Assembly: GCA_965219095.1 (NCBI GenBank)
Contig: CBDCMT010000001.1
Coordinates: 896,001 to 960,000, forward strand
Direction of reading: 5' to 3'
From: Bdellovibrionales bacterium
GTDB lineage: Bacteria > Bdellovibrionota > Bdellovibrionia > Bdellovibrionales > UBA1609
Length of the DNA stretch: 64,000 nucleotides
Below are positions 10,245 through 21,468 of the stretch, in pieces (the first letter of the stretch is position 1; every line of letters begins with the position of its first letter). The position numbers and the translations under genes are program-made. The notes beneath the pieces are model-generated. The model worked only from the letters and a program-made list of their open reading frames with translations, made no database searches and was not told the DNA's origin.

Positions 10245-10528
10245 TCTAAAAACTCCTTATGAACTTTATCGACAGAAAAACTTACAATACAAGGGCATTC
10301 ATACTCATGATAAGAAAGGATTTCCTTTTTGACTGTCTCGAAAAGCTCTTTTTTTGTTTTAAAAATTCCGACACACTCTTGAGATTCTTCGACTTTTGAT
10401 TTCCAAGAATAAATAGAGTTTACAGAAGGAAAAAGATTGGCACAAGCAATGAGCTTTTCTTTAACGAGATGGGCGGAGATTTTACGAGCTAGTTCTTGAG
10501 AAGGAAAAGTAGTGTAGATAAAGATCAT
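10217..10528 (-). CDS. cutA: Divalent-cation tolerance protein
   Basis: LIACAN, SIYSW, H.YECPCI. Confidence 0.93.
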   Translation of the reverse strand: MIFIYTTFPSQELARKISAHLVKEKLIACANLFPSVNSIYSWKSKVEESQECVGIFKTKKELFETVKKEILSYHEYECPCIVSFSVDKVHKEFLDWIHQNIKN

Positions 10529-11574
10529 GATCTTTTAGGAATATTTTTACTTTTTCTTTTTTCTTTCCATTTTTCAAGGGCTAAGGCTCTCATGTCAGTA
10601 ACACTGTCATATTCATCTACAATCTCTACTCCTAAAAGAGTTTCAATGGCATCCTCTAATGTGATAATTCCTGAGAGAACTCCATAGTTATCTACAACAC
10701 AAAACAAATGTTCTTTTCTTTTAAGAAACTGATCAATAGCAGCTCTTATGGACATTGTCTCAGGAACACTGTGAAGAGGTTTTATAAGATTTTTAAGTGT
10801 CAGGTTATGGAGATCTTGAGAAGATGCTTCTAAGATTTTATAACGGTGTACTACACCTACAATATTGTCTATAGTCTCTTTATAGACAGGAATACGAGAA
10901 AACCGAATGGTTTTATGTCCATCTTTCAAAAAAGTTTGAATTTTTGTGTCTTGTTCAAAAGAGTAGATGACCGTTCGAGGGGTCATGACTTCTGAAACAG
11001 GAATACTATCAAGACAGAGTAAGTTTTTGATGATGACACTTTCTTTTTCTTCTAAAGAGCCTTCACTTGCTCCTATTTGTGCTGTTTCAATCACTTCCTC
11101 TCTCGATAGAGTAAGATCATCGGTTAAAATATCTTTTTTGTATGTCTTTTCAAGAAGAATCACTAATGGATAAGCACAGTAAATCATAAGATGAATGACA
11201 TAACCTGCAAAAGGTACAAGCATCCTCCACTTTCTAGCACCTATACTTTTGGGAATAATTTCTGAAAAAATAAGGATGATGAGTGTTAGGAACACACTAA
11301 AAATGGTTACATAAGTGTTGCCATAAAGTTTTTGTACTTGAGCCCCTACTCCTGCAGCACCTAACATGTTAGCAAAAGTATTCACAGTCAATATAGCTAT
11401 TAAAGATCTTTCTAAATTATCTCGAAGTTTATAAACAAGTTGAGCACTCTTGATTCCTTCTTTAATTTTTACTTTTAAATAAGACGGACGTACAGAAAGA
11501 ATGAAAGATTCAGCTAAACTGCAGGTAAAACTTATTGTAACAGCAAACAGAGCATAAAAGATAATCCCTGTCAT
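10525..11574 (-). CDS. CNNM (DUF21) + CBS domain protein (CorB/TlyC family)
   Basis: SEIIPK, VMTPR, FSRIPVY, GIITLEDAIETLLG.EIVDE. Confidence 0.92.
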   Translation of the reverse strand: MTGIIFYALFAVTISFTCSLAESFILSVRPSYLKVKIKEGIKSAQLVYKLRDNLERSLIAILTVNTFANMLGAAGVGAQVQKLYGNTYVTIFSVFLTLIILIFSEIIPKSIGARKWRMLVPFAGYVIHLMIYCAYPLVILLEKTYKKDILTDDLTLSREEVIETAQIGASEGSLEEKESVIIKNLLCLDSIPVSEVMTPRTVIYSFEQDTKIQTFLKDGHKTIRFSRIPVYKETIDNIVGVVHRYKILEASSQDLHNLTLKNLIKPLHSVPETMSIRAAIDQFLKRKEHLFCVVDNYGVLSGIITLEDAIETLLGVEIVDEYDSVTDMRALALEKWKEKRKSKNIPKRS

Positions 11575-11590
11575 AAAGTCAGATCACTTT

Positions 11591-12124
11591 CTAACATTTC
11601 ACCTCATTATCTTGATAGATTAGACTTCCCATAGTACCTTTTTGACCTAAGTATTTACCCTGATAGGGGTGTTTAGCTTTTTGATCCATTTTACAAAAGA
11701 CCATTTGACAAATGCGTCGCCCCCTTTCAAGCTCAATGGGAACTGTGTTAGCATTGTAAAGTTCTAAAGTAATCGTTCCTTTAAAACCAGCGTCCACCCA
11801 GCCTGCGTTTTGTATAAAAAGACCTATACGTCCTATAGAACTTCTTCCTTCTACAAAAGCTGTCAAATCGTCAGGGATTTCAAGATATTCCTCAGTTGTA
11901 GCAAGGATAAACGTTTTAGGTTCAATGGTAAGTTTCTCTGCTTTGTGACTTTTGTACTTAACTTGTTTATCTAATTTAATTGTGTCATCGTCTTCAATCA
12001 TCAAAAACTCATTTCCTAAACGACAATCTAAAGAGGCAGGTTGTATTGAGCTAGACTCAAAGGGTCTGACAATAAGTTTTTTTTGGGTGATGAATTCTAA
12101 AATTGTCCTGTCGGAAAGAATCAT
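11591..12124 (-). CDS. dcd: dCTP deaminase
   Basis: MILSD, QPASLD, EGRSSIGR.GL, AGWVD.GF.G.ITLE. Confidence 0.96.
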   Translation of the reverse strand: MILSDRTILEFITQKKLIVRPFESSSIQPASLDCRLGNEFLMIEDDDTIKLDKQVKYKSHKAEKLTIEPKTFILATTEEYLEIPDDLTAFVEGRSSIGRIGLFIQNAGWVDAGFKGTITLELYNANTVPIELERGRRICQMVFCKMDQKAKHPYQGKYLGQKGTMGSLIYQDNEVKC

Positions 12125-12129
12125 TTCAA

Positions 12130-14241
12130 TTAAGCTTCTTTTTGTTTTTTCTCTAAATGGATTTTAATAAGATCTTCTTGAACATTACGTGGCACAGCAT
12201 GGTAGCGAGAAAACTCCATAGTGAACTCCCCTTTTCCTTGAGTAGCTGATCTAAGTTCTGTAGAGTAGCCAAACATTTCAGCTAAGGGAACTTCTGCATC
12301 TACAGTCACAAAACCTTCTACAGTTTGTGTGCCTTGAATGATTCCTCGTCTTTGGTTGATTTGCCCCATGATATTTCCCTGGAACTCTTCAGGAGCAGAA
12401 GTTTGAAGTCTCATAATGGGCTCTAAAATGGTGGGAGTAGCCTTTTTATAAGACTCTCTAAAAGCCGCCATAGCACAGATCCGAAAGGCCATCTCACTGG
12501 AGTCAACATCATGAAAAGCCCCATCAACAAGTTCTACTTTAACACCAATCACAGGGGCTTTAATGAGAGAACCTTTTGTCATTTGCTCTTGAAAGCCTTT
12601 ATTGCATGCAGGGATGTACTCTTTAGGAATTCGTCCTCCTGTAATTTTACTATTAAAAATATAAGTTTCTTGGTCATCTTTTAAAGCTAAAGGTTCAATA
12701 GAACCTACAATTTTTGCAAACTGTCCTGCTCCTCCTGTTTGTTTTTTATGAGTATAGTCAAATTCAGCTTTTTGACCAATGGTTTCTCGATAAGCCACTT
12801 GAGGTTGTCCTGCTAAAACTTCACAATCAAACTCTCTTTTCATTCTTTCAATATAAACTTCTAAATGAAGTTCTCCCATACCTGAGATGATTGTTTCATT
12901 GGATTCTTTATCCCGGTGGACTCTCAAAGTAGGATCTTCTTTTTTAAATTTTTGAAGAGCCTTAGAGAAGTTATTGGATTGAGATTTTTCCTTTGGTTTA
13001 ATTGCTAAAGAGATCACAGCATTAGGTACGAACATAGAGGTCATGGACACTCTTATGTTACCGTCAGTAAAAGTGTCTCCCGAAGAACAGTCCACGCCAA
13101 AAGTAGCTACAATATCTCCAGCCTTAGCTTCTATAATATCTTCCATTTCATCAGAATGCATATGAACCAGACGTGGAACTTTAACTTTTTTCCCGTTATT
13201 TACATTATAAATAAAATCTCCTTTTCTAAGAACACCTTGATAAATTCTCATGTAAGTGAGTTGTCCGAAGCGACCGTCTTCAAGTTTAAAAGCTAAAGCC
13301 ACAAGAGGTTTGTCAGGATCAGGGACAAGGTTTACTTTTTCCTCATCCTTATCTTGATTAAGACCTTCATTGCTACATTCAGAAGGGTTAGGAAGGTAAT
13401 CCGCTACTGCATTTAAAAGTAGCTGAACTCCTTTGTTTTTATAAGCTGAACCACAAAAGACAGGAGTAAGTTGTAAAGATAAAGTTCCTTTACGTACAGC
13501 TGTTTTAATCTCTTCTTGAGTAGGCTCTTCTTCCATTAAATATTTTTCACCTAAGGTTTCATCAAAATCTGCTACTTTAGCAATCAATTCTTTCCTCCAT
13601 TTTTGCATTTTTTCAACTAAATTATGAGGGATTTCAGTCTCTTTAACCCTTTCACCGTCATCACCTTCAAAATAATAAGCTTTTTTTGTAATAAGGTCTA
13701 TCACTCCCTCATGTTGATTCTCTAAACCAATAGGAATTTGCATCATAACAGAATTATGCCTTAATTTTTCACGAAGCTGCTCACAAACACGAAAAGGGTT
13801 AGCCCCTGATCGATCCAACTTATTTACAAAAGCAAGGCGAGGAACACTGTAACGCTTCATTTGTCGATCTACAGTAATGGATTGGGACTGAACCCCCGCC
13901 ACACCGCAAAGAACTAAAATAGCTCCATCCAAAACTCTTAAAGAACGTTCTACTTCAATGGTAAAGTCCACATGCCCTGGAGTGTCAATAATGTTAATTT
14001 CAATGTCTTTTTTATCCCATCTTACATTAGTAGCTGCAGACTGGATGGTAATACCCCGTTCTTTTTCCAATTCCATAGAATCCATTTTAGCTCCCACACC
14101 ATCCTTTCCTTTCACATCATGGATGGCATGAATGCGTCCTGTATAAAATAAAACACGCTCTGTGAGTGTTGTTTTTCCTGAATCAATATGAGCTGAAATT
14201 CCTATATTTCTTACTTTTTCAAGCACCCATTTTTGAACCAT
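12130..14241 (-). CDS. fusA: Elongation factor G (likely start ATG 14241)
   Basis: [43 protein letters not shown] upstream. Confidence 0.98.
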   Translation of the reverse strand: MVQKWVLEKVRNIGISAHIDSGKTTLTERVLFYTGRIHAIHDVKGKDGVGAKMDSMELEKERGITIQSAATNVRWDKKDIEINIIDTPGHVDFTIEVERSLRVLDGAILVLCGVAGVQSQSITVDRQMKRYSVPRLAFVNKLDRSGANPFRVCEQLREKLRHNSVMMQIPIGLENQHEGVIDLITKKAYYFEGDDGERVKETEIPHNLVEKMQKWRKELIAKVADFDETLGEKYLMEEEPTQEEIKTAVRKGTLSLQLTPVFCGSAYKNKGVQLLLNAVADYLPNPSECSNEGLNQDKDEEKVNLVPDPDKPLVALAFKLEDGRFGQLTYMRIYQGVLRKGDFIYNVNNGKKVKVPRLVHMHSDEMEDIIEAKAGDIVATFGVDCSSGDTFTDGNIRVSMTSMFVPNAVISLAIKPKEKSQSNNFSKALQKFKKEDPTLRVHRDKESNETIISGMGELHLEVYIERMKREFDCEVLAGQPQVAYRETIGQKAEFDYTHKKQTGGAGQFAKIVGSIEPLALKDDQETYIFNSKITGGRIPKEYIPACNKGFQEQMTKGSLIKAPVIGVKVELVDGAFHDVDSSEMAFRICAMAAFRESYKKATPTILEPIMRLQTSAPEEFQGNIMGQINQRRGIIQGTQTVEGFVTVDAEVPLAEMFGYSTELRSATQGKGEFTMEFSRYHAVPRNVQEDLIKIHLEKKQKEA

Positions 14242-14303
14242 TTTATTTTTCTCCTTCAACTAAATTAGTATAAATTTACATTAATTTAGTATATGAATTT
14301 ATC

Positions 14304-14990
14304 ATGAAGTCTCTCAAAGAGCAAATCCTAGAATGGGGCTGGCCTGAAGATGAAGAGGTTGGCTGTGTCACAGACTTTACTACTGCTTCTATGCTTGTAG
14401 AAGCCTATAGTTTAGGCCTTTTTCCATGGCCTAGATCTGAGAGGTATGTGCCTTGGACCAGTCCCTTAGAAAGAGGGATTTTAGAGTTTAAAAATTTCCA
14501 TAAACAGAGAAGTTTTTTAAAGTTTTTACCTAAAATCTCAAAATTATGGACTATAAGCTTTGACCGTGCTTTTCAAGCTGTTATTGAAGGTTGTGCTTTA
14601 GCCCACTCTGAGACATGGCTTACAGAAGATCTGAGAAACTCTTACTGTAAGCTTCATGAAAAAGGCCTTGCTCATAGTGTGGAGTGTTGGGAAAAGGACG
14701 AACTTATAGGGGGCCTTTATGGTGTGTTTATTGAGGGCTTTTTTAGTGCGGAAAGTATGTTCTATAAAAAAAGTCAAGCCTCTAAAGTATGCTTTTATTC
14801 TCTTACAAAACATCTTGAAAAAAACAAAATAACTTGGATGGATTTGCAAATGATCACAAGCTTCACTCAGTCTCTAGGAGCTCTCCTTGTTAAAAGGGAT
14901 GAGTTTTATGAAAGGTATTTCCTCCAAAGGGATTTAAAGAAAAAAATTTTTTGGCCTAAAAAGCACAAGTTTGTAGAAGATTATCTTTGA
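14304..14990 (+). CDS. aat: Leucyl/phenylalanyl-tRNA--protein transferase
   Basis: AY..GLFPW, AHSVECW, GGLYGV, ESMF, ASK. Confidence 0.93.
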   Translation: MKSLKEQILEWGWPEDEEVGCVTDFTTASMLVEAYSLGLFPWPRSERYVPWTSPLERGILEFKNFHKQRSFLKFLPKISKLWTISFDRAFQAVIEGCALAHSETWLTEDLRNSYCKLHEKGLAHSVECWEKDELIGGLYGVFIEGFFSAESMFYKKSQASKVCFYSLTKHLEKNKITWMDLQMITSFTQSLGALLVKRDEFYERYFLQRDLKKKIFWPKKHKFVEDYL

Positions 14991-15059
14991 GTCTTTATCG
15001 CTCTGTGCCAAAAAATCAAAGTTGTTTTATGGCTTTACAAGTGCTATAAGGGAGGTCTT

Positions 15060-15317
15060 ATGAGAGAAAAACTACATCCTAAGATGAGAGAAATTGTATT
15101 TAAAGATGTTTCTTGTGATTTTTCTTATAAAACCATTTCAACGTTAAAATCTAAGGAGTCTATTGAGTGGGAAGATGGAAAAACCTACCCTCTTGTGTGT
15201 GTGGAAATCTCTAGTGCTTCTCATCCTTTTTATACAGGACAACAAAGGCTTGTGGATACAGAGGGCAGGGCTGAGAAATTCTTTAAAAAATACGGAAAAC
15301 GACACGGTAAAAAGTAA
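15060..15317 (+). CDS. rpmE2: 50S ribosomal protein L31 type B
   Basis: 85 aa; [24 protein letters not shown]; no CxC/CxxC zinc motif. Confidence 0.95.
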   Translation: MREKLHPKMREIVFKDVSCDFSYKTISTLKSKESIEWEDGKTYPLVCVEISSASHPFYTGQQRLVDTEGRAEKFFKKYGKRHGKK

Positions 15318-15903
15318 AAAACTGCCCCTTAGCTTTTATTCCCAAGAAACCACTAAAGTAGCATGTGGGCTTTTAGGAAAAAGGCTTGTACGTATCTTAA
15401 AGAAGCAAAGACTCTCAGGTTTGATTTATGAAGTAGAAGCTTATTTAGGAGTGAGAGATCCTTCTTGTCATACTTATAAAAATAAAAAAAGTTTGCGTAA
15501 TCAAGTTATGTATGAAAAGGGAGGAACATGTTATGTGTACTTTACATATGGTATGCACTACTGCTTCAATGTTGTAACATCTCGAAAGAGTGTTCCTGAA
15601 GCTGTCCTCATTCGTTCTGTATTTCCCTTTGAAGGTGTTCAAAACATGTTCTTTCACAGAAAGCATCTTAAGAGAAAAAAAGACATTGCTAATGGCCCAG
15701 CTAAACTTTGTCAAGCCCTTCAAATAGATAGAAAATTTAACGGAGTGAGTTTAGATAGTGATTTACTTTTTATTGAGAAGGACTTTAAAAAGACAGGAGC
15801 GGTACTTTCTTCCGAAAGAGTAGGGCTTAACCCTTCTTATGATTCCTGTTTTTGGCCTTTAAGATTTTATTTAAAAGAGTATGAATCTCTTATTACAGTT
15901 TAA
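15304..15903 (+). CDS. DNA-3-methyladenine glycosylase (MPG family); start uncertain
   Basis: [45 protein letters not shown]. Confidence 0.9.
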   Translation, partial: TVKSKKLPLSFYSQETTKVACGLLGKRLVRILKKQRLSGLIYEVEAYLGVRDPSCHTYKNKKSLRNQVMYEKGGTCYVYFTYGMHYCFNVVTSRKSVPEAVLIRSVFPFEGVQNMFFHRKHLKRKKDIANGPAKLCQALQIDRKFNGVSLDSDLLFIEKDFKKTGAVLSSERVGLNPSYDSCFWPLRFYLKEYESLITV

Positions 15904-16889
15904 GAACAAATTTGTGAGAAATCAACAGGAAGGATATTTTTTTTTTCTAGCTGTGAGTTAAACTGAAGTTCCATAAGCTTCCATGTATTCTCCTCTATAG
16001 ATTCAGCATCTTTTTCCTGCACCCTTTTTAACTCACATAAGTTTTTTGCAAGATTTTCGTACTGAGATTTTTCAAAATTAAAAAAAGATAAATTTTGAAT
16101 GATCTTTCTCGAAGCAGAGAAATCTTTTTTTTGAAAAATTTCTATAAAAGAATTCTCAAGAAGTTTTAACGTGTCTTGAGAGTTTTTTGATTTGTTATAA
16201 ATAAGTTGAAGCACAGAAAACTTAGGCTGTCCTTTGATGTCTTTTATTTTTTCTATAATATTTTTTTGCATTTCTATGTCGGAATCCATTCGCAAAAGAA
16301 GGTCTGTTGCATAAATAGAGATATTGTTATTTTGAAGAGAAGTAGCTTCTAAGAGCCACTCTTTTCTTAAAAAATTGAGAGTCTCTGGTAATTTCTCTGA
16401 AGCTACTCCCAGAAAAAGAAGCCCCTTTTCTAAGCTTTGGTGATAGAGAGTTCTTTCAGGGTGAAAATAATCCTCTTTAGCCTGTTTTTGATTGCACCAG
16501 TTGTTTTCCTCATTTAAACAAGAAATAACTTTCTCAGAAAAAACTTGAATGGAATTGGCATATTCTTTAATTTTTTCCGAACTTAGTGCTTCTATCATGT
16601 TCTCTGGATGGTGATAAGAGAGAACTTCTTTTGGCAGAATTTCTTCTGGAGTTTTCTTGTGCGAAAGAGAATCTTCAGATAAGGCTTGAGAAGAATCGTC
16701 TTTACTACCTTTAGAACCTTCTTTACCTTCTGCACTAGATTCTAAATTTTCCCCTTCTTTTTCTTCTAATTCTTCTAAAGAAATTTCTTCACTTTTGCTC
16801 TTTTGTAAGATTTGTGTGGAGCTTTCTTGTCGAAAACTCATCCAAGTAAGAAAACTAAAAAACAAAAATAAAGTTATAATCGGTTTCAT
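15900..16889 (-). CDS. Hypothetical membrane-anchored protein (likely start MKPII)
   Basis: Long ORF, N-terminal hydrophobic segment, acidic/Ser-rich linker, helical domain. Confidence 0.7.
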   Translation of the reverse strand: MKPIITLFLFFSFLTWMSFRQESSTQILQKSKSEEISLEELEEKEGENLESSAEGKEGSKGSKDDSSQALSEDSLSHKKTPEEILPKEVLSYHHPENMIEALSSEKIKEYANSIQVFSEKVISCLNEENNWCNQKQAKEDYFHPERTLYHQSLEKGLLFLGVASEKLPETLNFLRKEWLLEATSLQNNNISIYATDLLLRMDSDIEMQKNIIEKIKDIKGQPKFSVLQLIYNKSKNSQDTLKLLENSFIEIFQKKDFSASRKIIQNLSFFNFEKSQYENLAKNLCELKRVQEKDAESIEENTWKLMELQFNSQLEKKNILPVDFSQICS

Positions 16890-16897
16890 TATTGAAA

Positions 16898-18775
16898 TTA
16901 ATCTTTCATATTTTCCATGAGTTGAATTTTTTCTAAGGAACCTGACCAAATCCATAGATGTTTTCCTGGATTACCAAAGGGGTTAGAAACTTTGTACCAA
17001 AAAGGAAATCTTATATCTTGAGTATCTTTTTTATCAAAAATCACAACACGAATACTTTTTTTTCGATTAAAGGTTTGGAAAATAATGGTGTCTGCTGTAC
17101 TAGGGCCTTTTCTTAGTCTAATGGATTTTGAAGATTTCAAATAGGCTTGTCCTATAAAATCTGAAAAATTATAAGAAAGAGCTTTATGTTTTATATAAAA
17201 TTGAGTATTTTCTTCAGAAAGTTCGCAGTCAAGACGTATAGGTTTTTCTTTGATGAGGATGTTATTTTTATAAACATAGGCTCTTTGTCCTTTGTATAAA
17301 ATAGGATAATAAGATGTTTTTCTGCCATTGAGTTCTGCTTGGCCCCCTAAGAGAAGAAATCGAGAGTTGAGTGTGGGACTATGGAGTTCAAGAGGTTCAT
17401 TGTTTTTTGTTGTAGGAAGAATTCGAATATTAGTCCTTCTTACAATCAAAGCTTCTCTTGCGGGGTTTAAGAAAATATTATAAAGGGGAAGCTCTACAAT
17501 ACTCCAGGGTTTCTCATATTTTAAAACTTTAATCCCTAGGTTGAATTGAGTGTTATCTATAAAACCGCAGACTCTTTCTTCCCTTTTTTCTGAATAAAAA
17601 GGGACCTCTTCTTTTTTAAGAAAATGAGTGGGTCTGTATTTAAAACGATCGGGAAGTATGAAATTTTTGTTGTTAGAAATATCCATTTTTAAAAGTTCCT
17701 TAAGATATAAGTTTTTTTCTTTTTCGATAACATTGGCTGTAAAAATAGAACGAAAGTTGTAGACAATCTCTTCAAGAACTTTTCTTTCTAAGCTGTTTTC
17801 TGGAAGATATTGATGAAAAAGACTATCTCCTGTTATAATCAAACTATTAAGAGCTTCTTTTAATCTTTTCACTTTAGAATTATTTGGATTTAGGAAGTAA
17901 CAGAATTTTTTGCGAATTCTTTCATTGGTTTTTAATCTTTTGAAGCTCACTAAAGATTTTCCTTGATTGTAATTTGAACTCCAAGTTGTTATTGCTAAGC
18001 GATAATATTTTGTTTCTCTTGTGTAACTTCCATTTATTTTTTGTCCTCGAAAAGGATTTTCAAGAAAGGTGTTAGAAGAACACATTTCGTTAAAGCTGTA
18101 TAAGTTGTTTCTTATAATTTCAAAACCTTCATAAAGTATCTCTAAACCTATATTGATGTTGCGATATGTATCAAAAAGAGTGCTGGGATCGTTAAGGAAG
18201 TTTTTCCAAGTTTTTAAATTGAATTGCATAATCCCTACATCACCACGATGGTACAGTAATTGATAGCTGTTTTCCTTACAATTTTTTACAAAAATAGGAG
18301 AGTAAGTACTTTGAAGAGCTTCTGTAGGAAGTTTCATAAATCGATTGAATTCTTCAATAACATATTGAGATTTTGAAGGGCAAGAGTCTATGCTTTGGGT
18401 TTTTTTAACATGAATAAGACGGCTTTCATGCTGTCCTACAGCTAAAGCTGTAAGTAAAAAAGTGTAGTAGGTGTAGTTTTTATGATATTCAGGATTGTCA
18501 TTATAATAATCTAATCTGACAAGTTTGTCGGCTCCTGTGATAAAGGCAATGAAAATACGACGAACATATTCTGAGAGACCCTTTTCGGTATTATTTTCCA
18601 AATAAATAGGACCTACAGGTTTGATGTCTGAAGCTATATTAATAAAATTTTTATTTTTATCTACAACTTTGAAAGTAGGATATAGAGTGCTTTTCCTATA
18701 AGTATTGAGATTGCTTTGGGCTGAAAAAATCCCAAAAAATAGCATGAGAATTACGAAAAAAATAACTTGCCTCAT
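16898..18775 (-). CDS. Secreted protein with SLT-like lytic transglycosylase motifs and C-terminal SH3b-like segments
   Basis: Signal peptide; AVGQHES, GIMQFN, NINIGLEIL; IRLRKGPST and TNIRILP...; WYKV. Confidence 0.6.
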   Translation of the reverse strand: MRQVIFFVILMLFFGIFSAQSNLNTYRKSTLYPTFKVVDKNKNFINIASDIKPVGPIYLENNTEKGLSEYVRRIFIAFITGADKLVRLDYYNDNPEYHKNYTYYTFLLTALAVGQHESRLIHVKKTQSIDSCPSKSQYVIEEFNRFMKLPTEALQSTYSPIFVKNCKENSYQLLYHRGDVGIMQFNLKTWKNFLNDPSTLFDTYRNINIGLEILYEGFEIIRNNLYSFNEMCSSNTFLENPFRGQKINGSYTRETKYYRLAITTWSSNYNQGKSLVSFKRLKTNERIRKKFCYFLNPNNSKVKRLKEALNSLIITGDSLFHQYLPENSLERKVLEEIVYNFRSIFTANVIEKEKNLYLKELLKMDISNNKNFILPDRFKYRPTHFLKKEEVPFYSEKREERVCGFIDNTQFNLGIKVLKYEKPWSIVELPLYNIFLNPAREALIVRRTNIRILPTTKNNEPLELHSPTLNSRFLLLGGQAELNGRKTSYYPILYKGQRAYVYKNNILIKEKPIRLDCELSEENTQFYIKHKALSYNFSDFIGQAYLKSSKSIRLRKGPSTADTIIFQTFNRKKSIRVVIFDKKDTQDIRFPFWYKVSNPFGNPGKHLWIWSGSLEKIQLMENMKD

Positions 18776-19452
18776 ATATAAAAATATACAGCAAGATCAG
18801 TTCCTAGTTGAGAGGTGTTTTATTTTGAGTTGAGCCTTTGATCCATGTATTTTTTTTAAAACAGTGCCGTTTTTTGTCACTTTTTCAGTTTTTTGGACCT
18901 AAATTGTGTGACTGAAGATAATACACTGCAATGGAAGTGTTGCATTAAGTTATAGTATTCTTAAGGTAAATTGAAGGTTAAATGAAAATGCCCTTTCTGA
19001 AAGAGCCTAACAAGATTACGGACATATTCGAAGGGATTAATCCCTACTCTCATTCTCTTAATACACCCTGCTTGCAACATAAGCTCAGCAATTAATTGAT
19101 TTCTAGAAACACTGATCTTACCTTGATTTTTTAGGGATAGCCTCTACTTCTTCTTAGGCTTTAATTTTAGAACTTTCCAATATCATTTATTTTGAGATAA
19201 GGGAGAAAAATCAAAAAAGAGTTTTACCTGTAGAAGCAAAGTGACACCCTTTCTTTTTCATATTTACAATTTTTTGACAAAATTGATACTTTATTTAAGG
19301 TGAGTTATATGAATTTTTTTTAAGACCTCTTATGTGCCTTATTTGCTTCATTTTTTTCAGAGTACACCAAATATCAATAATAAGGTTTTTTCGTATATAG
19401 CCTTGATTTTTATAAGAAAATTTGATCCTCTTACAATAAGACACACTCAAAA

Positions 19453-19526
19453 GGTGGCGTGGGAGAGTGGTTATCCAGAGGACTGCAAATCCTTGCACAC
19501 CGGTTCAAATCCGGTCGCCACCTCCA
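19453..19526 (+). tRNA. tRNA-Cys(GCA)
   Basis: GGTGGCG...GAGGA-CTGCAAA-TCCTT...CCGGTTCAAATCCGG TCGCCACC TCCA. Confidence 0.97.
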
Positions 19527-19889
19527 ACCTTAAAAATTAGACAACTTTACCTAAATTCGGGGTTAAAAATATACACCACAAGCCTTCTAAGGGCTTTAAA
19601 GTTTGAGAAAGGCCATTCTCCCTCTAAAAAGACAAAATTTTAGAACCCAAAGTCAAAGTCTTTTTTTTGCTCCTTCTTTTTTGCACCAGAAAAATGCTGA
19701 TAAAGCTCGTACTATAGTGCTATCAATAGAAAGATGTTCGTTTTTAAAATCTTTTATAAGATGAGAGGAAATCTTCTTTAGAAATTCTAGATTTCTCCCA
19801 ACGAGTGAAATGAGAGCGAACGTTCTTTAAGTGTCCATGAGGTTCCGAAAGAAACCTCCAAGAGGTTCCAGCCCTCAAAATCCATAGGA

Positions 19890-20228
19890 CTTATACTGGT
19901 CACACTTTAGAATCCATACACAGAGAGGGGGGCTAGTTTTTGTAAAAATGTTTTGATAACATAAAGTTTTATGCAAACAATATCTTTTATGGGAGCCTTA
20001 TTATCAAAAAAAGAGCGTCAAGAGCTTTTATCAGCATTAAAACGAAAAGATATGCTTATACCAATTACAGAAATTAATTTGACATTTTTATGTTCAAATT
20101 TAAAATTTTAAAATTGACTTAAGGAAAAGCTTCAGTTAGGAGATTTTAAAAAAACTTCTTTTGAGGAGGCAATTAATATTTCAAATCATCTATGAAAAAG
20201 TCAGTTATGCAATTTAGTTTACGGGATC
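19890..20228. mobile_element. Mosaic of IS remnants downstream of tRNA-Cys
   Basis: MGALLSKKERQELL fragment like the N-terminus of 3912..4172; ISL3 right tip TTCTTTTGAGGAGGC at 20156-20170; IS256-like end at 20200-20228. Confidence 0.6.
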
Positions 20229-20263
20229 AGATTACAAGCCCTTCCTTTTAAGAAAATGAGTGT

Positions 20264-20968
20264 TTAGGTTTTAATTCTTTTTGTCTTTGAGATAACAATT
20301 ATAAAACATTCCTTATTCTTTGTGCAGGGAACTTTAATCCACCGCCTCATTTTAATTAAATACCTCCTTTTAACGTTCTCAAGTTTTAATTCTTTAACAG
20401 TATGTGCAGGAATTTTAGGATCAATACTACTATAGACCCTTGGCCCACGAATAAAAACTTCTACTTGAGATAAAATTTGATTTTGAATTTCATTATCCCT
20501 ATCATAAATTTCATACCAAGGATTTCGAATGGTTGTGAGATAGTCATATTTACATTCATGGAGAAACTCAAAATTTCTATGAATCTGTCTATGATCTTCA
20601 GTGTACACTTCTATAACATTACCTTCTTTAATCTCTCTAAAGACTTCCGTAGGAGCAAGTACGTTATACTTATCAAAGAAAATCCTAAGAATCTTAACTT
20701 CTTCTTGATTTCTCAATTTTCCTGTATTCTCTAGAATGGGCTTTAGCTTGATGATCTCCAAATAGTTCCTTGCCTCCTCAAGAGAAGCGATTTGTTTTTC
20801 TTCAGGATCTTCAGAGAATTTTTGAAGAGAGTCAGAGGTGTAAGGGGTAAGGCTATAGCCTCTTCTCTCTAAAATGCTTTGTATTTCTTCAGTCATGAAC
20901 TTCATTTGATCAATATGATCTATGTTTGATGAAATAAAAAGTTTCTGTTTCAATCTTGGTTTTGCCAT
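20264..20968 (-). CDS. Hypothetical protein
   Basis: 234-aa ORF with ATG start; no recognisable motif. Confidence 0.7.
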   Translation of the reverse strand: MAKPRLKQKLFISSNIDHIDQMKFMTEEIQSILERRGYSLTPYTSDSLQKFSEDPEEKQIASLEEARNYLEIIKLKPILENTGKLRNQEEVKILRIFFDKYNVLAPTEVFREIKEGNVIEVYTEDHRQIHRNFEFLHECKYDYLTTIRNPWYEIYDRDNEIQNQILSQVEVFIRGPRVYSSIDPKIPAHTVKELKLENVKRRYLIKMRRWIKVPCTKNKECFIIVISKTKRIKT

Positions 20969-21468
20969 TGGAATCTCTATCGGCTTTTTTAAGTAAATTT
21001 TTTAAAAAAAAGTAAAAAAGTGAGTTATTTTTACTTTTTCGTATCTTAATAAGACAACTTTTTTTCTCTTGTATCTTTTCAAGACAAATTTTTGATCCGA
21101 AAGGAAAGATTTATAAACAAATGAAGACTTTTAGGCACTACTTCTTTTAAAGGTATTAGGGGAATGGTATGTATAAAAGTAGTAAAATCAGAAGAGGATT
21201 GTTTTTAAAATTTTCTTCGATTTCTTTTGTGATTTTTTCCCAGCTTAACTCTTTCTTGAGGGCGAACTTGAAAGAAAATTCTCTATTTTTTTTCTTGAGT
21301 GATTCCGGGAGAAACCATTTCTTTTTCCAACTTCAAAATCAGTTTATCGACAAAAACAGCTAACAAGGCTGCGGGAATAGCTCCTAATAGGATCAACTGA
21401 GAGTTTACTGTGGCCAGACCTCTAAAAATGGGATCTCCTAAGCCCCCCTGCTCCAACTAAAGCGGCTA

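Noticed and set aside
19030..19140. Minus-strand fragment SVSRNQLIAELMLQAGCIKRMRVGI resembling a RecG-C-terminal-like domain
   Set aside because: Too short and degraded to call without a search
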